This document shows positions 59,819 to 64,000 of a stretch of 64,000 bases of DNA, piece after piece. A program made the translations under genes and the position numbers. This DNA comes from Candidatus Latescibacterota bacterium (GTDB lineage Bacteria; Latescibacterota; UBA2968; UBA8231), in NCBI GenBank assembly GCA_965261395.1, contig OZ253462.1, positions 288,001 through 352,000 of the forward strand, given 5' to 3'. Under the pieces are notes generated by a model, which was not told the origin of the DNA, searched no databases, and saw only the letters and a program-made list of their open reading frames with translations. Position 1 is the first letter of the stretch. Every line of letters begins with the position of its first letter.

Positions 59819-60865
59819 TCAAAGCTCCGTTAGGTCAATGGCGCGGCGCGCTTGGGTAGCACGGCGCGCCGCCTCAATGATGCTGAGGTTGTGATAGGCT
59901 CCCGCGCCGGTAATCGGCGGAGGATCCCCCGCGGCTAGGGCGGCGAACGTGGCGGTGAGATAGTCGGCGTGGCCGGTGACATTGCGCTCCGTGACGTCGA
60001 GCGGAATCTCGGACCAAGTGCTCGTCGCGCGCGCGAAGCGATGCAGCGCTCGACCGCGACCGACGACGCGCAGGCAGTCGCCGCGAGTGTGTACTTCGCA
60101 GAGACCGCCTAGCTCGCCGGCCCCCGCGCCGACCATACCCCAGGAGGTGGAGACCGTAGAGATGGCTCCGTTTTCGTGTTCGAGGAGCAAGAGCGCCACA
60201 TCGTCGACGTCGATGTCGAAAAAGTGCGTCTGCACTCGCGCCTCGACATAGCGCACCGGCGAGCACATCAAGGTTTCGAGCGAATAGATTTCGTGGTACC
60301 CCGTATCGCCGATGCAGCCGCCGCCCGCCGATTTGGAAGCCCGCCAGATTCTGGCCGAGCTAGCGCGGTGATGAGCTTCGGTCATGGGAAAGAGCGATTT
60401 GGCACGGCCGACTTGCGGGATGGGCAGCTCGCCCTCGTGCAAAAGCGCGATGGCGTGGAGGGTGCCGGGGGTAAAGACGGCGTTGTGGACGACTGTATAA
60501 ATGACGTCGTGGCGCGCGACAGCGTCTAGCACGGCCGAGGCGTCCTCCAGCGAAGTAGCCATCGGCTTTTCACTAATGACGGCACAGCCAGCTTCAGCCG
60601 CGGCAATGACTTGCTCGGCGTGCAGGTGGTGCGGCGTGGCAATGAGGACGGCATCGAGGGCGGCTTGCTCCAGCATGTCGCGGTAGTCGGCGTAGCGCTG
60701 GGCGGGCGGGACGCCGGTCGTCGCGCCGACGTTGGCCAAGTTGTCGTCGGCCGGGTCAGCTAGCGCGGCAATGCGCACCGTATCGAGCGCAAGCAACGTC
60801 GGCAGGTGCTGCTGCTGGACGATGCCGCCGCAGCCGATTAGTCCGAGGCGAATGGGGGTTTGCAT
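59819..60865 (-). CDS. Gfo/Idh/MocA oxidoreductase
   Basis: GLIGCGGI, IATPHHLH, SEKP, GGGCIGDTGYH. Confidence 0.9.
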   Translation of the reverse strand: MQTPIRLGLIGCGGIVQQQHLPTLLALDTVRIAALADPADDNLANVGATTGVPPAQRYADYRDMLEQAALDAVLIATPHHLHAEQVIAAAEAGCAVISEKPMATSLEDASAVLDAVARHDVIYTVVHNAVFTPGTLHAIALLHEGELPIPQVGRAKSLFPMTEAHHRASSARIWRASKSAGGGCIGDTGYHEIYSLETLMCSPVRYVEARVQTHFFDIDVDDVALLLLEHENGAISTVSTSWGMVGAGAGELGGLCEVHTRGDCLRVVGRGRALHRFARATSTWSEIPLDVTERNVTGHADYLTATFAALAAGDPPPITGAGAYHNLSIIEAARRATQARRAIDLTEL

Positions 60866-60873
60866 AGGCTTAG

Positions 60874-60901
60874 GTAGGGGCGACCGGCCGGTCGCCCCTA
60901 C
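60874..60901. repeat. Second copy of the GTAG-type REP palindrome
   Basis: Identical to 8381-8408. Confidence 0.8.
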
Positions 60902-60905
60902 CTTC

Positions 60906-62258
60906 TTAATACGGCGTATGCTTGGTAGTAACGGGACACCAGCGGGCGGCGAACAAATAGTCGAACAAGATCTCCGTCGCCTCCGGCGTACCAATGCGCT
61001 CCAAGGTCTTGGCTGCCTTGGCGCTGACATAGCGATTTGGATCGTCTAGAGCGGCCACCACGGCTGGCTGCACAGCCTCGGCAGCCGACCCCAGCCGCGC
61101 CAAGCCCAAGGCGGCATTGCGCCGCACCCATTCGTCGTCGTCGCCCAAAACTGCGGCCAGTTCCTCTAGCACCGCTGAGGGCAATGCACCCATGGCACCC
61201 AAGGCTTCGGCGGCGTGGCCCCGCACCTGGTCCGACGCATCGCCCAGCGCCCGCTGTAATGCCGGCACTGCCGGGGCACTCGCCCGACCCATATCGCCCA
61301 AACTATCGACCGCGGCTAGCCGCACGTCCGGATCGTCGTCAGCGCAGGCTTGCGCTAGCGCCTCGACTGCGGCCGGACCGGCCGCGGCCAAACCGTAGCC
61401 GGCGTTGCGCCGCACGTGTTCTGATCCTTGGCGCAAGCAATCGATGAGCGGCCCCACGGCTGGCTCGCCAGCGCGACCAAGGACATAGGCCGCCGCTTGA
61501 CTGGCCGCCTCGGAATCGCCCGCTAGCGCCTGCAGCAGCGCCGACCGCTCGCCGGTATCAGCGGCAAGGCCTTCGGACTGGCCGCCGTACCATTCCCATA
61601 TACTGTGCCACATGGGTGCCTCGGCATGTCCGTTCCCAGCCCAAGGTTTTCCAGTTGCGTCCCAATTAGGCCCGTCCGGCTCTTCGAGGCGGACGAAGAG
61701 GAACTTGACCATATAGCGATCCTGCTCGGTGCTATTAGGCGTGGCCCGGTGCCACAGATCGTAGTGGACAATGGCGACCGTCCCAGCCTCCCCAGTAAGC
61801 GCGACTTCTCGCTCCTCGTCCCCTTGATCGAGGCGGTTGTGGTAGTGGCTGCCGGGGACAACGCCGGTGGGGCCGCGCTCGACTGGCGTGTCCTGCGGAT
61901 AGTAAAAGGCCATCGCCCAGCGCAGCCGGTGGTGTCGCCGGCTCCAGCTATCCTTGTGCAGCCCCTGCCCTTCCGAACCCGGCTTGTTGAAATGGCAGAA
62001 ACGATGCGGATGCAAATAGTACCCCGGCCCCAAGATACTGGTCAGGGCTCCCGTCACTTGGGGTTGGTCGAACACCTGCTGCAAGTCGGGGATGCGGGGC
62101 AATAGGTTATTGCCTGGATTGCCCTCGGCAGTCAAGACCTCCTCTATTTGCCCATAAATGGACTGGTGAAAATCCACAGGCAAATCCGTTTTGACCACGG
62201 TATAGCCGTCGGCGATGAAAGACTGCATGCGGCTATCGTCCAACAGGATCGAGTCCAT
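60906..62258 (-). CDS. PhyH-like dioxygenase fused to HEAT repeats
   Basis: LHKD, VVPGSH and LWHR in the N-terminal part; repeated VR..AA..LG HEAT units in the C-terminal part. Confidence 0.85.
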   Translation of the reverse strand: MDSILLDDSRMQSFIADGYTVVKTDLPVDFHQSIYGQIEEVLTAEGNPGNNLLPRIPDLQQVFDQPQVTGALTSILGPGYYLHPHRFCHFNKPGSEGQGLHKDSWSRRHHRLRWAMAFYYPQDTPVERGPTGVVPGSHYHNRLDQGDEEREVALTGEAGTVAIVHYDLWHRATPNSTEQDRYMVKFLFVRLEEPDGPNWDATGKPWAGNGHAEAPMWHSIWEWYGGQSEGLAADTGERSALLQALAGDSEAASQAAAYVLGRAGEPAVGPLIDCLRQGSEHVRRNAGYGLAAAGPAAVEALAQACADDDPDVRLAAVDSLGDMGRASAPAVPALQRALGDASDQVRGHAAEALGAMGALPSAVLEELAAVLGDDDEWVRRNAALGLARLGSAAEAVQPAVVAALDDPNRYVSAKAAKTLERIGTPEATEILFDYLFAARWCPVTTKHTPY

Positions 62259-62272
62259 AGCAAGCTCCTCGT

Positions 62273-63115
62273 TTAGTGGATGAGAGCCTCGCCCGGCATC
62301 CGGTTCCAAGACACGGGTGCGACGGTGCCCTCATAGGTGGGCAAAAGATCGGCAACCCGTGCTCTGGCCTCGTCGTCCCAGCCGACCCATTCGCGGGGGC
62401 GGGCGATGGCGGCGCGGAGGCCGTCGGAGAGCAGATCGAAGTACGGGAAATACCACAGAGTAATGACGGTGCGGCGCTGGGAAGACTTATTGGCATGAGC
62501 CGAGTGCAGCAGCCGCGAGTCGCCGATAACCACATCGCCCGCCGCCACAGGTACATCCACCTCTTCGGGAATCGACCGATAGGCCTGATGATCGGGGTCG
62601 GCCACGCGGCGGAGTTCGTCGGTGTGGGCGTCGGGCACCTCGTCGTGCATACGGTGGCGCTGCAGATGCGAGCCGCGCAACAGGCGCAGGCAGCCGTTGT
62701 GAGGTGTGGTATCAATAAGGTAGTACATCAAGAAAAGCTGCTGGGGCAGGGGCGTATAACTCGAAGGATCGTCCCAGCCCCACCAGTCCTGATGCCAAAA
62801 GAGCGCCGGGCTGTTAGGCGGTTTGCTGATGACGTAGCCAGACATCCACCGAGGGCGCAGAAAGCCCAAGGTTTTGAGCGCGGCGCGGGCGGGCGGATAG
62901 GCGACGAGTTCGGCGAAGATGGGATGGGCACCGACATCAATCATGCTGCCGGTGGAACGTTGTTGGTCGCGCTTTTCTTGGCTTTGGGCGTCGAGGAGTT
63001 GGTCGGTGACTTGGCGCAGACGCTGGAGAATATCGGCGTCGAGAACGTCTCCGATCAAGCAGTAACCGTCGCGGATGAGCTGGTCGAAGTTTGCTTTGGG
63101 GTCTTGTTGGGACAT
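62273..63115 (-). CDS. PhyH family dioxygenase
   Basis: FWHQD, NGCLRLLRGSH, RLLHSA, RRTVIT. Confidence 0.9.
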   Translation of the reverse strand: MSQQDPKANFDQLIRDGYCLIGDVLDADILQRLRQVTDQLLDAQSQEKRDQQRSTGSMIDVGAHPIFAELVAYPPARAALKTLGFLRPRWMSGYVISKPPNSPALFWHQDWWGWDDPSSYTPLPQQLFLMYYLIDTTPHNGCLRLLRGSHLQRHRMHDEVPDAHTDELRRVADPDHQAYRSIPEEVDVPVAAGDVVIGDSRLLHSAHANKSSQRRTVITLWYFPYFDLLSDGLRAAIARPREWVGWDDEARARVADLLPTYEGTVAPVSWNRMPGEALIH

Positions 63116-63209
63116 CAGCGGCGTTCCTATCGGTCTATCGGTTCTCGCTATTAGGCAACGTAAGATATCGGTCAGGCATTGTCCACAAAGAAGCCGATAT
63201 ACAACCCCC

Positions 63210-64000
63210 TCAGCCAATGGCGAAAACTACATTGCCCATCTTACCGGTGAAATAATCGATCACCACCCAGAGCCCGTTGCACAGCGCCTCGCCCATGATC
63301 AGCCCTAGAAAAAAAGTCTCGCTGGCGCGATAGACGGAGGCCCCACCGAAGCGCAAAATGGCTTTTTTGACCGACCAAGCGATAAAAACGCTAAACCAGA
63401 TGTGGTTCATCAGCATGTTGGCCCCAATGGGAAATCCGACCGGGTGAAAAGGCCACCACAACAGCCGCTGGCGCACCCAAGTCAACAGCAGCATCACCAC
63501 CCCGCCCCCGGCAAAAAAGCCCAAGCCCTGCCAATACACCCCCGACGGCTCTAAATTGTGCACGGCCCGATCGAAAATGGTCGACGGCCCACTCTTAAAG
63601 CGCCAGCCATCCAAGTTGATGCCGCCGTGGATATGCACCAAGTGGAAGACCATCCAACACGAACCCACCGCGCCGATCAATAGGGCTAGGATAATACCCC
63701 AAAAGACATAGCGCCGACTTTTGCGGTCCATCTCCTCGATTAGCTTGAGCCCGTTGGCTAACACCGCCATGACGAAGATGCGGATATCGGCGCACCAGAT
63801 ATAGGCCAGCGACAAATTGAATACCCCGCTGGCTCCCACTAGCTGCGAACCCAGCCCTTGCACGACCAAGTCCGGAGCAATCATAGGGGACCGCACTGCG
63901 GCCAGACCAGCCTCGGCCACCACCCGGGTGATACCGACAAAGATCAGCAGGGCGAGCCCCACAAAGAGCAGCGCTACCCACAACTTGGTGCCCATGATCC
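63210..64000 (-). CDS. DUF6785/DUF6784-like membrane protein (5'-truncated by window edge)
   Basis: ADIR, GGINL and WWPFHPVG shared with the 5261-7195 paralog. Confidence 0.75.
   Translation of the reverse strand, partial: IMGTKLWVALLFVGLALLIFVGITRVVAEAGLAAVRSPMIAPDLVVQGLGSQLVGASGVFNLSLAYIWCADIRIFVMAVLANGLKLIEEMDRKSRRYVFWGIILALLIGAVGSCWMVFHLVHIHGGINLDGWRFKSGPSTIFDRAVHNLEPSGVYWQGLGFFAGGGVVMLLLTWVRQRLLWWPFHPVGFPIGANMLMNHIWFSVFIAWSVKKAILRFGGASVYRASETFFLGLIMGEALCNGLWVVIDYFTGKMGNVVFAIG

Overview
High-GC bacterial chromosomal window. The gene content suggests a Latescibacterota/Poribacteria-like organism, possibly a sponge symbiont (inference): six PhyH-type dioxygenases, two DUF6785-like membrane proteins, enolase-superfamily dehydratases and a WGxIK-tailed secreted protein. 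The centrepiece is a complete type III-A CRISPR-Cas locus (14871-32443) with cas6, cas10 (HD and GGDD intact), csm2-5, cas1, cas2 and a 64-repeat array (37-bp repeat). It has no Csm6/Csx1 HEPN nuclease. It carries instead (i) a Cami1-like CARF-RelE effector and (ii) an unusual NE0113/Sso2081-type CARF domain fused to a sigma54 enhancer-binding AAA+/Fis-HTH module. Directly after this fusion gene are two phased TGCA-N4-TGCA palindromes, an IHF-like site and a consensus -24/-12 sigma54 promoter (TGGCAC-N5-TTGC). The promoter points into a DUF1232/YkvA membrane-protein gene and the cas10-csm operon. Together this suggests a cyclic-oligoadenylate-responsive, sigma54-dependent transcriptional circuit inside a type III system. 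Other accessory features are an attC-like site with decaying cassette-like genes, a GmrSD-like/TcmP-remnant/DUF5131 islet and REP-like palindromes. All family names come from recognising motifs by eye; no database searches were run.
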